Shown: positions 36,825 to 46,283 of the stretch, piece after piece
How positions within the stretch are numbered: the stretch's first letter is position 1
How the letters are laid out: each line of letters begins with the position of its first letter
Assembly: GCA_964450385.1 (NCBI GenBank)
Contig: CAYVEC010000006.1
Location: 8,745 to 72,744, forward strand
Reading direction: 5' to 3'
DNA: 64,000 nucleotides
Source: an uncultured Planctomycetales bacterium
GTDB taxonomy: Bacteria > Omnitrophota > Gorgyraeia > Zapsychrales > JANLHA01
Made by a program: the position numbers and the translations under genes
The notes under the pieces: generated by a model
What the model was told of the DNA's origin: nothing
Database searches by the model: none
Seen by the model: the letters and a program-made list of their open reading frames with translations, nothing else

Positions 36825-39371
36825 GTGGACGGGGCCATGATCAGCGCGCGGACCGTAGAGGTCCCGGCAACGCCTGCGACAATGGACCGGTGGAAGAGCA
36901 CGTTTGAAAATGGACTTGTAGCCAGCTTGTATTTGGTTGATCCGAAGGCAGCAACAGGAGAGCCTGTTGATATCAGCGGTGCGTCCGAGGACTCGGCCAT
37001 GCTGAGCGAGGCGGAGGCGAAGGATTTTTATGAAAGCGACCTTCAAGGAGTTGGGAGAGTTCAATGGCAGAATCTTTCTATAAAGTCGAGAGCGGTGCTT
37101 CAAGAGATCGGCAGGGATCCGAGGCTACTGGAGCTTGGGAAAGCCGCCGGGGCGAATGCGCGGAACTTGTTTTATGATGGTTTGCCGGCAGTGAAGGCGC
37201 TGTTTGGTGACGAGTTTGGTAAGTATTGGCCGGGCTTAGTCGAGTTGGGAAAAGCCGCGGGTGAAAATGCTGGGTATTTGTTTCAACATGGATTGAAGAT
37301 GGTCTACCCTTTTGTTGATCCGGCTCACGGCTGGGACGAGTGGATCAACAGGTGGCGCCAATTGGCCCGGGTCACGAATGAACACAATCTGCAAAGAATC
37401 ATTGATTTAATGAGATGGACATCGATCCTCACTTATGTCAAAGACCAGGGAGGCAGCGTTGATCAGCACTTTGATTTTTATGTTGAGCTGAGCAAAGAGA
37501 ATAAGCGTCTTGCCCTGCAAGTTTTAGAGGGGGTCTTTGACGGTTTTAAAGAAGGGAGCCTTTCTGTTGAATTAACCGACGAGGCGCGAGGCGAGATCAG
37601 GGGCTTTATTAGAAAAACGAATGGTTTTAACCTGGCCGTGTATCGTGTTTATCAACAGGAGGGCGAGGCCGGGCTGGTGAGGTTGCGGGCGTTTGCAGCA
37701 AACGCGTTGAATGACCAGGTGGGCAAGACAGAGGTCCAAGAGTTTTTAGCGGACAACCGATCCCGAGGATACGATGCCGAGTCGCTGCTTCTTGGGACAG
37801 CGCAGATGTTTGTTCCGGCCAGCGGCGCCTCGTTTGTGAATAAGGAAGAGATCTTGGGGCTGTTGAAGGAATTTATCGAGGCCGGTGACCGGCGCGGGGA
37901 TGTGCCGGAGGCGCTCCGGGGGTCGAGCTTTGGTGGTGGGGATATTGAGGTGGTGGAGTGGCGGTTAAAACAAGGGGAAACGGTTGATCCTGACGGGAGG
38001 CTGAATAGACTCGTCTCGCAGTTGAGGAACGGAGACCAGGGCCGATCAGCAGACGAGGTTGCGAAGGCTCAAGCCCAAGACCGGGCGGAGTTGGTTGCCG
38101 CGGTCAAAGAATATTTAAAGGGCCGCGGCCAGGAGACACGAGACCGGGCTGTAGAGGCCTTTTTAAGATATGTGAGCCACAATGATCTATTAAAAGAGAA
38201 GATCGATCGGATCGACGGATATGATTATGTGAATATTGAGCTGTTGGATCAGTTGTTCCGGGATAAAGACCAGCTTTTTATTCTGTTGAGGGAGATCATT
38301 GAGAAAGATATTGAAGAAGAGCTGCTGATTGTGGAAGGTGACGAGGGCGCGCCTGTTCGCGATGTTGAGGGGCTGGTCAATCGGGTCGAGGGCGTGTGGA
38401 GATCAGAGCGGCTGGGCCGTGATCAACGGCGTCAGGTTGTGGGAAACATGCTGCGGGGGTTTTCAGGGGCAGAGGTTCGGTCAAAGATTGTCCCTCGGCT
38501 TGAGGGAGAGGCCCGCGAGGCGGTCGAGGAGATTTTGAATGATCACTCGGTTCGGTGGAAGATGGATGTGGCGCAGGTGATCAATGATCTTTTGAGCGGC
38601 CCGGCCCAGGTCATCGCGCGTGAGAAGGCGCGGTTTGAGGCGGTCACGGGAGGACAGCGGATCCAGTTGAGGTTCCGGGCGGTGAAGGGTCCGTTGTATG
38701 GCCTATGGGGGCTGAATGCGGGCGTGTGTATCGCGACGGATGTTGAGTTATGGAAGGACGGGAATTTTTATCTTCTGGCTATGGTTGATGAGACGATCGG
38801 TCAGGCGGTGGGATTTATTCATCTCTACGCGCAGACGATGGATGGGCGGCGGGTCGTGGTTGTTCCGGGGATCGAGCCGAGCGTGGAATTTTTGGGGCAG
38901 GTTAAGGTGAGTGACATTTATCCGATGATCGAGGCGGCGTTACGTGAGGTGGCGGTGCGGGCGGGGTATGAGGCGGTGTATCTGCCAACGAATGAAAATA
39001 TTTTGAGCAACCGGGGGGATATTCAGAAGCTGGTGACGAGGGCGGGGTACAAGATCTCGGATAAATTCAAGGGGCCGGTCCGCTGGAATCATGTGCCCGG
39101 GCCCGCTCTTATTCATCAGGTGTATGACGTGCCGGTCACCAAGGCGAAAACTGACTCGGCCATGCTGAGCGAGGCGGCGTCTGAGCCGGCACAGATCGGC
39201 CGCGATCAGGTGGGCGGCATTGACCTCGCCGGGATCAATATTGATATGGTGATCCGCGGTGAGATGCCGTTTCAGATGCCGGCCATCACAGAGGAGGCCC
39301 TGATCATGGATGCGGATTTCAGCGGGCTGGTGCCCGTGGTACATTTTGTGGTGCCGGTGGCTGTGAAATGA
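36825..39371 (+). CDS. hypothetical large protein (848-aa segment; frame continuous with 35787-36665 across a single TAG; possibly one 1.19-kaa protein or a pseudogene)
   Basis: Uninterrupted 2.5-kb ORF, lower GC than flanks, no known motifs recognised; internal 30-aa tandem repeat (ELGKAAGxNAxxLF) and 25-bp perfect direct DNA repeats at 36990 and 39153. Confidence 0.5.
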   Translation: MDGAMISARTVEVPATPATMDRWKSTFENGLVASLYLVDPKAATGEPVDISGASEDSAMLSEAEAKDFYESDLQGVGRVQWQNLSIKSRAVLQEIGRDPRLLELGKAAGANARNLFYDGLPAVKALFGDEFGKYWPGLVELGKAAGENAGYLFQHGLKMVYPFVDPAHGWDEWINRWRQLARVTNEHNLQRIIDLMRWTSILTYVKDQGGSVDQHFDFYVELSKENKRLALQVLEGVFDGFKEGSLSVELTDEARGEIRGFIRKTNGFNLAVYRVYQQEGEAGLVRLRAFAANALNDQVGKTEVQEFLADNRSRGYDAESLLLGTAQMFVPASGASFVNKEEILGLLKEFIEAGDRRGDVPEALRGSSFGGGDIEVVEWRLKQGETVDPDGRLNRLVSQLRNGDQGRSADEVAKAQAQDRAELVAAVKEYLKGRGQETRDRAVEAFLRYVSHNDLLKEKIDRIDGYDYVNIELLDQLFRDKDQLFILLREIIEKDIEEELLIVEGDEGAPVRDVEGLVNRVEGVWRSERLGRDQRRQVVGNMLRGFSGAEVRSKIVPRLEGEAREAVEEILNDHSVRWKMDVAQVINDLLSGPAQVIAREKARFEAVTGGQRIQLRFRAVKGPLYGLWGLNAGVCIATDVELWKDGNFYLLAMVDETIGQAVGFIHLYAQTMDGRRVVVVPGIEPSVEFLGQVKVSDIYPMIEAALREVAVRAGYEAVYLPTNENILSNRGDIQKLVTRAGYKISDKFKGPVRWNHVPGPALIHQVYDVPVTKAKTDSAMLSEAASEPAQIGRDQVGGIDLAGINIDMVIRGEMPFQMPAITEEALIMDADFSGLVPVVHFVVPVAVK

Positions 39372-39411
39372 CAGAACGATTGATCATTTTTCAGGGCATA
39401 AAAAAACGGGC

Positions 39412-39440
39412 TTGACAATCCCAATCTCATCGTGTATATT
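39412..39440 (+). promoter_or_regulatory. consensus sigma70-type promoter of amt-glnK unit
   Basis: TTGACA (39412-39417), 17-nt spacer, TATATT (39435-39440); about 200-nt structured leader follows. Confidence 0.6.
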
Positions 39441-39640
39441 TTAACCAACTGAAGGCGCTGGGGTCTTCAGGAAAAAGATGGACGCGACAGTGAAGTCCTC
39501 AACGGTCAGGCGATGATGCCTCCGACGAGGATTTTTTTGTTGGTCCATGAGTTGGGGCAGAGACGTCCTTAAAGGGCTTAAGACCGGAAAAGCCTTTTAG
39601 GGATTTTTTGTTTTCTGCGCCACACCACAAGGAGAAAAAA

Positions 39641-40984
39641 ATGAAAACGGTATCGAAGGTTGGCGTGGTGGTATCGGCGATGGCTGCCGGCGCCCTCCTG
39701 ACCCCAGCGGTGTCATTAGCCTCGGAGGAGACGTTGTCCTTGGCGCGGGAGGCGATGTTCACGGTGAACAATGTCTGGATGATGGTGGCGACGTTTTTGG
39801 TCTTTACGATGCATCTTGGATTCGCGACGCTTGAGAGCGGGTTGACGCGGGCCAAGAACACATCGAATATCCTGTTCAAGAACGTGATCATTGTGGCCAT
39901 CGGGCTGTTGACCTATGTGGTCCTCGGATTTAATCTGATGTATCCCGGCGAGGCCTGGATCTTTGGAAAGTGGTTCGGGTTCGGCGGATTCGGGATCGCG
40001 AGTCCTGAAGGCGCGGCCGGATTGATCGATTATGCGAACGGCCACTATACGTATTGGACGGACTTTTTATTTCAGGGGATGTTCGCGGCCACGGCAGCAA
40101 CGATCGTGTCGGGCGCTGTCGCTGAGCGCGTCCGGCTGAACAGCTTTTTATGGTTTTCCCTGTTCTTTGTCGGTCTGGTGTATCCCTTCTTAGGGAGCTG
40201 GAAGTGGGGCGGCGGGTGGTTGAACGACCTCGGGTTTTATGACTTTGCCGGGTCAACCCTTGTCCATTCCGTCGGGGGATGGGGCGCCCTTGCCGGGGTT
40301 CTGCTCTTGGGCCCGCGGATCGGGAAATACACAAAGTCCGGATCCAAGGCGATCCCGGGACACAGTATGCCGTTCGCCACGATGGGGGCGTTCATGCTGT
40401 GGCTGGGGTGGTTCGGGTTCAACGGCGGCTCGGTGCTGAGCGCTGATCCCGGGGCGGTCTCGTATGTCCTGGTGACAACGACCCTGGCCGCTGCCGCGGG
40501 AATGGTGAGCGCGATGTTCGTCTCAGCCATGGTGCAGACCAAGCCGGACCTCTCGATGGTTTTGAACGGGACCCTGGCGGGCTTGGTGGGAATCACGGCC
40601 GGCGCGGATGTCGTCTCGATCATGGGCGCGATCGCGATCGGGCTGATCTCTGGGGCCCTGGTCGTGTTGGCGGTCATCTTTATTGACACACGCCTTAAAC
40701 TCGATGACCCTGTCGGGGCGCTCTCGGTGCACTTGGTCTGCGGGGTCTGGGGGACGCTGGCGGTCGGGATCTTCAGCACGAATCCGGCGCATACCCTGTG
40801 GATCCAGCTTGTGGGCGTGGCTTCTTATGCGGTTGTGGCGTTCCCCGCGGCCTTTGCCATTATGTGGGTGGTCAAGAAGACCTGCGGGATTCGGGTTTCT
40901 GAAGAAGAGGAGATCAAGGGACTCGACATCTCGGAACACGGCATGGAGGCCTATGGCGGGTTCCAGATCTTTGCCAACGATTAA
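39641..40984 (+). CDS. amt: ammonium transporter (Amt family) with signal peptide
   Basis: 11 TM Amt/MEP fold, twin-His pore region; SD AAGGAG then ATG 39641 (ORF-track TTG 39608 extension). Confidence 0.9.
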   Translation: MKTVSKVGVVVSAMAAGALLTPAVSLASEETLSLAREAMFTVNNVWMMVATFLVFTMHLGFATLESGLTRAKNTSNILFKNVIIVAIGLLTYVVLGFNLMYPGEAWIFGKWFGFGGFGIASPEGAAGLIDYANGHYTYWTDFLFQGMFAATAATIVSGAVAERVRLNSFLWFSLFFVGLVYPFLGSWKWGGGWLNDLGFYDFAGSTLVHSVGGWGALAGVLLLGPRIGKYTKSGSKAIPGHSMPFATMGAFMLWLGWFGFNGGSVLSADPGAVSYVLVTTTLAAAAGMVSAMFVSAMVQTKPDLSMVLNGTLAGLVGITAGADVVSIMGAIAIGLISGALVVLAVIFIDTRLKLDDPVGALSVHLVCGVWGTLAVGIFSTNPAHTLWIQLVGVASYAVVAFPAAFAIMWVVKKTCGIRVSEEEEIKGLDISEHGMEAYGGFQIFAND

Positions 40985-41041
40985 CGACCGATACGGACAA
41001 GAATCTCTCAGCCGTATCCGGCTGGGGATGAGGAGGATACC

Positions 41042-41383
41042 ATGAAATTAATTATTGCGATGATTCAGCCGCACAAACTTCCGGACGTTAAAAAGGAGCT
41101 TTTTGACGCGGAGGTCCATAAAATGACAGTTACTAATGTGCTAGGATGTGGGCAGCAGAAAGGGTATAATGAGACCTATCGCGGGGTCGTTCATGAGATC
41201 AATCTGCTGAAAAAGATCCGTTTGGAGATTGCCGTGAACGATGAATTCGTGGAGCCGACGATCAGGGCGATCATCAAAGGGGCCAAGAGCGGGAAGATCG
41301 GGGACGGCAAGATCTTTGTCCTGCCGCTCAGCGAATGCATTCGTATCCGTACCGGAGAGCGCGGGGGCGAGGCGATCGGTTAG
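41042..41383 (+). CDS. glnK: nitrogen regulatory protein P-II (GlnK type, amt-linked)
   Basis: 112 aa, [10 protein letters not shown]..., T-loop [12 protein letters not shown] with conserved Tyr. Confidence 0.9.
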   Translation: MKLIIAMIQPHKLPDVKKELFDAEVHKMTVTNVLGCGQQKGYNETYRGVVHEINLLKKIRLEIAVNDEFVEPTIRAIIKGAKSGKIGDGKIFVLPLSECIRIRTGERGGEAIG

Positions 41384-41412
41384 GCCAAGAGGGACCATAA
41401 GGAGGAAATACC

Positions 41413-41547
41413 ATGGCATACGTCATGTTGATATCAGGGTGTTTGGTCGGGGCGGGTGTCGCGAGCGTGGTGTTGCGCCGCACGATCTATTCGCGGCATG
41501 AGCTCGCGGACAGCCTGCGTGAGACGTTTGATACCAACGAAGAATAA
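41413..41547 (+). CDS. 44-aa hydrophobic micro-protein between glnK and glnN
   Basis: Strong SD AAGGAGG 9 nt before ATG 41413; [44 protein letters not shown]: one TM helix + charged tail; below ORF-track cutoff. Confidence 0.35.
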   Translation: MAYVMLISGCLVGAGVASVVLRRTIYSRHELADSLRETFDTNEE

Positions 41548-41593
41548 CAACCCGCGCGGGGAGAACCCGGTTAGGGGAAACAATGGGGGTGGC

Positions 41594-43690
41594 ATGATGG
41601 ACGAGATGTTGGAAAAAGAGGTGCAGCAAGTTCCGGAGTATTACGGAAAAAATGTCTTCAGCCTCAAGGTCATGCGTAATTATCTCTCGGAAAAGGGATT
41701 CAAGTCGCTTGAGAAGACCATTACCGAGGGCGGCAAGCTTGATCCGAAGATCGCTGATGAGGTCGCGGATGCGATGAAGACCTGGGCCTTGGCCAAGGGG
41801 GCGACGCACTATACCCATTGGTTCCAGCCGCTCACGGGCCTGACCGCGGAGAAGCATGATTCCTTTATTTCGCCTGACGGTGAGGGCGGCGCGATCATGA
41901 AGTTTTCAGGAAAGGAATTGATCCAGGGTGAACCTGACGCCTCGAGTTTCCCGTCGGGAGGTCTGCGTCCGACGTTCGAGGCCCGCGGGTATACCGGCTG
42001 GGATCCGACGAGTCCGGCCTTTATCAAGGAAGGCCCGAACGGGGCCACGCTCTGTATCCCGACGTATTTTGTCGGGTATCATGGGGAGGCGCTCGACAAG
42101 AAAACGCCGCTGCTCCGTTCGATCGATGTCTTGGCTGTTCAGCTCAACCGCCTCGGGGAACTGTTCGGCGTGAGCATGAAACAACGGCCGTATGCGACGC
42201 TCGGAGCCGAGCAGGAGTATTTTTTGATCGACCGTGATTTCTATGAGGCGCGGCTCGATCTGATGCAGACGGGACGGACGCTCTTTGGCCGTCCGCCGGC
42301 GAAGCATCAGCAGATGGCCGACCATTATTTCGGCGCGATCAAGAGCCGGGTCATCGGGTTTATGGAGGACCTGGACCGGGAGATGTGGAAACTCGGGACG
42401 CCGGTGAAGACCCGGCATAACGAGGTCGCCCCGGGCCAATACGAGATCGCCCCGGTCTTTGAGACGTTGAATCTCACGATCGACCACAACATGCTCTTGA
42501 TGGAGGTCATGCAAAAAGTCGCGGAAAAACACGGGCTTGCGTGCCTCCTTCATGAAAAACCGTTTGCCGGGGTTAACGGGAGCGGGAAGCATAATAACTG
42601 GTCCGTGGTCGGGCCCGACGGAAAGAACTGGCTCTCTCCGGGGGATAACCCGCATGAGAATGCCAAATTCTTGGTGATGCTCTGCGCAGTGATCAAGGCG
42701 GTTGACACGTGGGCCCCGGCCCTTCGGGCGTCGATCGCGAGCGCGAGCAACGATCATCGTCTTGGGTCTCATGAGGCCCCGCCGGCGATCCTCTCGATCT
42801 TTTTGGGTGATCAGCTTACTGACATTATTGAGCAGATCGAAAATGGCGGCGCGAAGAGTTCTAAAAAAGGCGGGGTGCTGAAGGTCGGGGTCGATTCTCT
42901 GCCCGAGCTGCCGCGAGACGCGACGGACCGGAACAGGACGTCTCCGTTCGCCTTTACCGGCGCCAAGTTTGAGTTCCGCGCGCCGGGCTCGAGTCAGAAC
43001 CTCGCGGGTCCGAATCTGATCCTCAACACCATCGTGGCTGAGGCTTTGGACGAGATGTGTACTGAGCTTGAAAAGGCCGATAAAAAAAGATTCAATGAGG
43101 CCGTGAGCGCCCTCTTGCAGAAGACGATCAAGAGGCATAAGCGGATCCTGTTTAATGGGGACAATTATACCGAGGCCTGGGTTAAAGAGGCCGAGCGGCG
43201 CGGGCTGCCGAACCTTAAGACAACGCCCGAGGCCCTTGAGTTCATGCGGTCTCCGTCGGTCGTCGAGCTGTTTGAGCGGCGCGGGATTTTGACGAAGGTC
43301 GAGATGTTGAGCCGGTATGAGGTCTATAGCGAGACCTACGCGACGATTATTGCGTATGAGGGAGCCCTGGCGGCGGACATGGTGAAGACCATGTATCTTC
43401 CGGCGGTGATCGGGTATCAGGAGGAGCTTGCGTCATCTATCAAGTCGGCGGAGGCGATCAGTAAGACGACCCTGACTCAGCAGCGCAAACTTTTGGCGAG
43501 CGTCAGCCGGGGCGTTGAGGCCGCCTTGGAGTGTGTCCGCAGGCTTGATGCGGCGATCGAAAAAAATGATGCCGTGAAAATCAAGGCGCTCATGGGCAGT
43601 CTGCGTTTGCCCATCGACGAGCTTGAGGGATTGGTGCCGAAAGAGTTCTGGCCGGTCCCGACGTACGCTGAGATGCTGTTTATGTATTAG
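41594..43690 (+). CDS. glnN: glutamine synthetase type III (GlnN)
   Basis: About 700 aa; N-terminal ...[74 protein letters not shown]... is the hallmark GSIII N-domain; ATG 41594 (ORF-track 41456 extension). Confidence 0.85.
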   Translation: MMDEMLEKEVQQVPEYYGKNVFSLKVMRNYLSEKGFKSLEKTITEGGKLDPKIADEVADAMKTWALAKGATHYTHWFQPLTGLTAEKHDSFISPDGEGGAIMKFSGKELIQGEPDASSFPSGGLRPTFEARGYTGWDPTSPAFIKEGPNGATLCIPTYFVGYHGEALDKKTPLLRSIDVLAVQLNRLGELFGVSMKQRPYATLGAEQEYFLIDRDFYEARLDLMQTGRTLFGRPPAKHQQMADHYFGAIKSRVIGFMEDLDREMWKLGTPVKTRHNEVAPGQYEIAPVFETLNLTIDHNMLLMEVMQKVAEKHGLACLLHEKPFAGVNGSGKHNNWSVVGPDGKNWLSPGDNPHENAKFLVMLCAVIKAVDTWAPALRASIASASNDHRLGSHEAPPAILSIFLGDQLTDIIEQIENGGAKSSKKGGVLKVGVDSLPELPRDATDRNRTSPFAFTGAKFEFRAPGSSQNLAGPNLILNTIVAEALDEMCTELEKADKKRFNEAVSALLQKTIKRHKRILFNGDNYTEAWVKEAERRGLPNLKTTPEALEFMRSPSVVELFERRGILTKVEMLSRYEVYSETYATIIAYEGALAADMVKTMYLPAVIGYQEELASSIKSAEAISKTTLTQQRKLLASVSRGVEAALECVRRLDAAIEKNDAVKIKALMGSLRLPIDELEGLVPKEFWPVPTYAEMLFMY

Positions 43691-43795
43691 AGGGGTGGCG
43701 TGTGGGATGCCTCCCTTGGTGGGGTGGGCCCCCCAGCGGCCCACCTCCACCCCCTAATGGAGACGCTGGGGATCCGGGACGACGAAGGAGGCGGC

Positions 43796-44515
43796 ATGAT
43801 CTTATATGTGCGACATGTCGCGATTGAAGGTTCCGGAACTTTGGGTAGCTTTTTGGCTCGTGAGGGATGTCCGTCACGGACGGTCGCGCTTGACGCGGGA
43901 GAGCCGGTGCCGTCGAGCCTCGAGGGGATCGACCTTGTCGTGATCCTCGGCGGGCCTATGAACGTGTATCAGGAACGCGAGTATCCTTTTTTAAGAGATG
44001 AACTCGTGTTCATTGAACGGGCGATGAAGGCGGAGGTGCCGACGATCGGTCTCTGTCTTGGGGCGCAGCTGATCGCGCGGGCGGCCGGGGCGAAGGTATA
44101 TCGGGCGCCGGAACCGGAGATCGGATTTTATTCGTTGGCCGTGACGCCGGAGGGACGGCGGGACCCGGTGATCGCGGGGATCCCCAACCCGGTCGAGCTT
44201 TTTGAATGGCATGAGGACACCTTTGATCTGCCCCGCGGGGCGGTCCTGCTGCTTCGCGGCGCCTCCTGTGCGCATCAGGCCTTTCGTCTGGGCCGGGCGG
44301 TGTATGGATTTCAATGCCACATGGAGACAACGCGGGCCATGGCCCGGCAATGGGTCGACGAGTATTTGGTCCATGATCGTGCGCGTCAGATGAGTCTCCG
44401 CGATCGATTGGAAGGAGAGTTTTCTGAACGCGAAGAACATCTTCGTCTGGTGAATCAAAGGCTGTATGGGAATTTGTTGACGATGATGGGCGTGGGGACA
44501 GGGAGGAGTCATTAG
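43796..44515 (+). CDS. class I glutamine amidotransferase-like protein
   Basis: Catalytic-triad context TIGLCLGAQL ... GFQCHME; SD GAAGGAGG before ATG 43796. Confidence 0.7.
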   Translation: MILYVRHVAIEGSGTLGSFLAREGCPSRTVALDAGEPVPSSLEGIDLVVILGGPMNVYQEREYPFLRDELVFIERAMKAEVPTIGLCLGAQLIARAAGAKVYRAPEPEIGFYSLAVTPEGRRDPVIAGIPNPVELFEWHEDTFDLPRGAVLLLRGASCAHQAFRLGRAVYGFQCHMETTRAMARQWVDEYLVHDRARQMSLRDRLEGEFSEREEHLRLVNQRLYGNLLTMMGVGTGRSH

Positions 44516-46195
44516 ATGCGGGTCGCATTGGCACAGATCAATCCGACGGTGGGTGACTTGGCCGGCAACACGGCCAAGATCATCGCACGGACCGCTGAGG
44601 CGCGAAAGGCCGGGGCTGAGGTCGTCGTGTTCCCTGAACTTTCCATTTGCGGGTATCCGCCGGAAGACCTGCTTCATAAGCCGCATTTCATTGCTGATAA
44701 TATTCAGGCCCTGCGGTCCTTGCGCAAGCATGCTCGGGGGATCGTCCTTATTGTCGGGTGTCTGGACCGCGACGCCGAGGGGCGTCTTTTTAACGCGGCG
44801 GCGGTGATCTCGGACGGCGAGATTCGCGCGATGTGCCATAAGGAGCATCTTCCGAATTACGGTGTCTTTGACGAAAAAAGATATTTTGTCCCCGGAGAGA
44901 CCGCCTGCCTTGTTGATATCAACGGGGTCCGGTTCGGGGTGAATATCTGTGAGGATATCTGGCTTGAGGGGGTGTATGAGGCGCAGTCGCGTGCCGGGGC
45001 CCGGGTCCTCGTGAACCTTTCGTCGTCGCCGTATGATGTCGGCAAACTCGCCCTGCGCCAGCGGCTGATTGCCCAACGGGCGCGAGAGACCGGAGCCTTT
45101 GTTTGTTATACGAACGCGGTCGGCGGTCAGGATGAACTGATCTTTGATGGATCAAGCTGTATTTATGATCCCCGTGGCCGATGCGCCGCGATGGCGCTCG
45201 CGTTTGATGAAGACCTTCTCGTCGCGGACATTGCTCCCCTGGCGAAAAAACAGCCCCGGCGTTCTGCAAAAATCGTAGCGCTTCACGTCGTGCCAGAGGT
45301 GACGAGCGGGCCTCTGCCCCCTCGGCGCGCGGAGCCTGGGACCGAGATCGAACGGATTTATAAGGCGCTCATTACCGGGACGCGGGACTATATTCATAAA
45401 AATGGATTTCAAAAAGCGGTCATCGGCCTGAGCGGAGGCATCGATTCCACGATGGTGGCGGCCGTGGCCGTGGCCGCGCTCGGTCGTGACCATGTCATTG
45501 GGGTCTCGATGTCGTCGGTCTTTACGAGCGCCGAGACGCGGACGGATGCCCGTCGGGTCGCGGAGCATTTGGGGATCGCCTTTGAGGAGATCCCGATCGC
45601 CGGAGTCCATGAGGCGTATCTGAAAAGCCTGGCCGGGAATTTTAGCGGGCGGCCCGCGGACGTGACCGAGGAGAATATTCAGGCCCGGATCCGGGGGAAT
45701 ATCCTGATGGCTCTGTCAAACAAGCATGGGTGGCTCGTGCTCACGACGGGGAACAAGAGCGAAATGGCGGTCGGGTACTGCACGCTCTATGGCGACATGT
45801 CCGGCGGGTACGCGGTCTTGAAGGATCTCTACAAGACGCGGGTCTACGAGCTCGCGCGGTTTTGTAATCAGCAGGCCGGGCGGGAGGTGATCCCGGTGTC
45901 GGTCATTGAGAGGGCTCCGTCGGCCGAGTTGCGGCCGAACCAGAAGGATCAGGATTCGCTGCCGGCGTATGATCTCTTGGACCAGATTTTGATCGAATAT
46001 ATCGAACGGCGGCGTTCCCGGGCGCAGATCATCCGGAAGATCGGGCACGCCGCTGAGGTTGATCAGGTGATCCGCTTGGTCGACACGAGCGAATATAAAC
46101 GGCGGCAGGCCCCTCCTGGCGTGAAGGTCACGGCGCGGGCGTTTGGCAAGGATTGGCGCCTGCCGATCACGAATCAGTATCGAGAGTATTGTTAA
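44516..46195 (+). CDS. nadE: glutamine-dependent NAD+ synthetase (nitrilase domain + NAD synthase domain)
   Basis: N-terminal CN-hydrolase (VVFPELSICGY) and C-terminal PP-loop SGGIDS; 559 aa. Confidence 0.85.
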   Translation: MRVALAQINPTVGDLAGNTAKIIARTAEARKAGAEVVVFPELSICGYPPEDLLHKPHFIADNIQALRSLRKHARGIVLIVGCLDRDAEGRLFNAAAVISDGEIRAMCHKEHLPNYGVFDEKRYFVPGETACLVDINGVRFGVNICEDIWLEGVYEAQSRAGARVLVNLSSSPYDVGKLALRQRLIAQRARETGAFVCYTNAVGGQDELIFDGSSCIYDPRGRCAAMALAFDEDLLVADIAPLAKKQPRRSAKIVALHVVPEVTSGPLPPRRAEPGTEIERIYKALITGTRDYIHKNGFQKAVIGLSGGIDSTMVAAVAVAALGRDHVIGVSMSSVFTSAETRTDARRVAEHLGIAFEEIPIAGVHEAYLKSLAGNFSGRPADVTEENIQARIRGNILMALSNKHGWLVLTTGNKSEMAVGYCTLYGDMSGGYAVLKDLYKTRVYELARFCNQQAGREVIPVSVIERAPSAELRPNQKDQDSLPAYDLLDQILIEYIERRRSRAQIIRKIGHAAEVDQVIRLVDTSEYKRRQAPPGVKVTARAFGKDWRLPITNQYREYC

Positions 46196-46283
46196 CGGCC
46201 GTGATGATGTCAGGCTGGGGCATGACAGACAGGGCGACAAGCCCCTCCTCGCATTCGCACTCCATGAAGAACAGTAAGGATGG

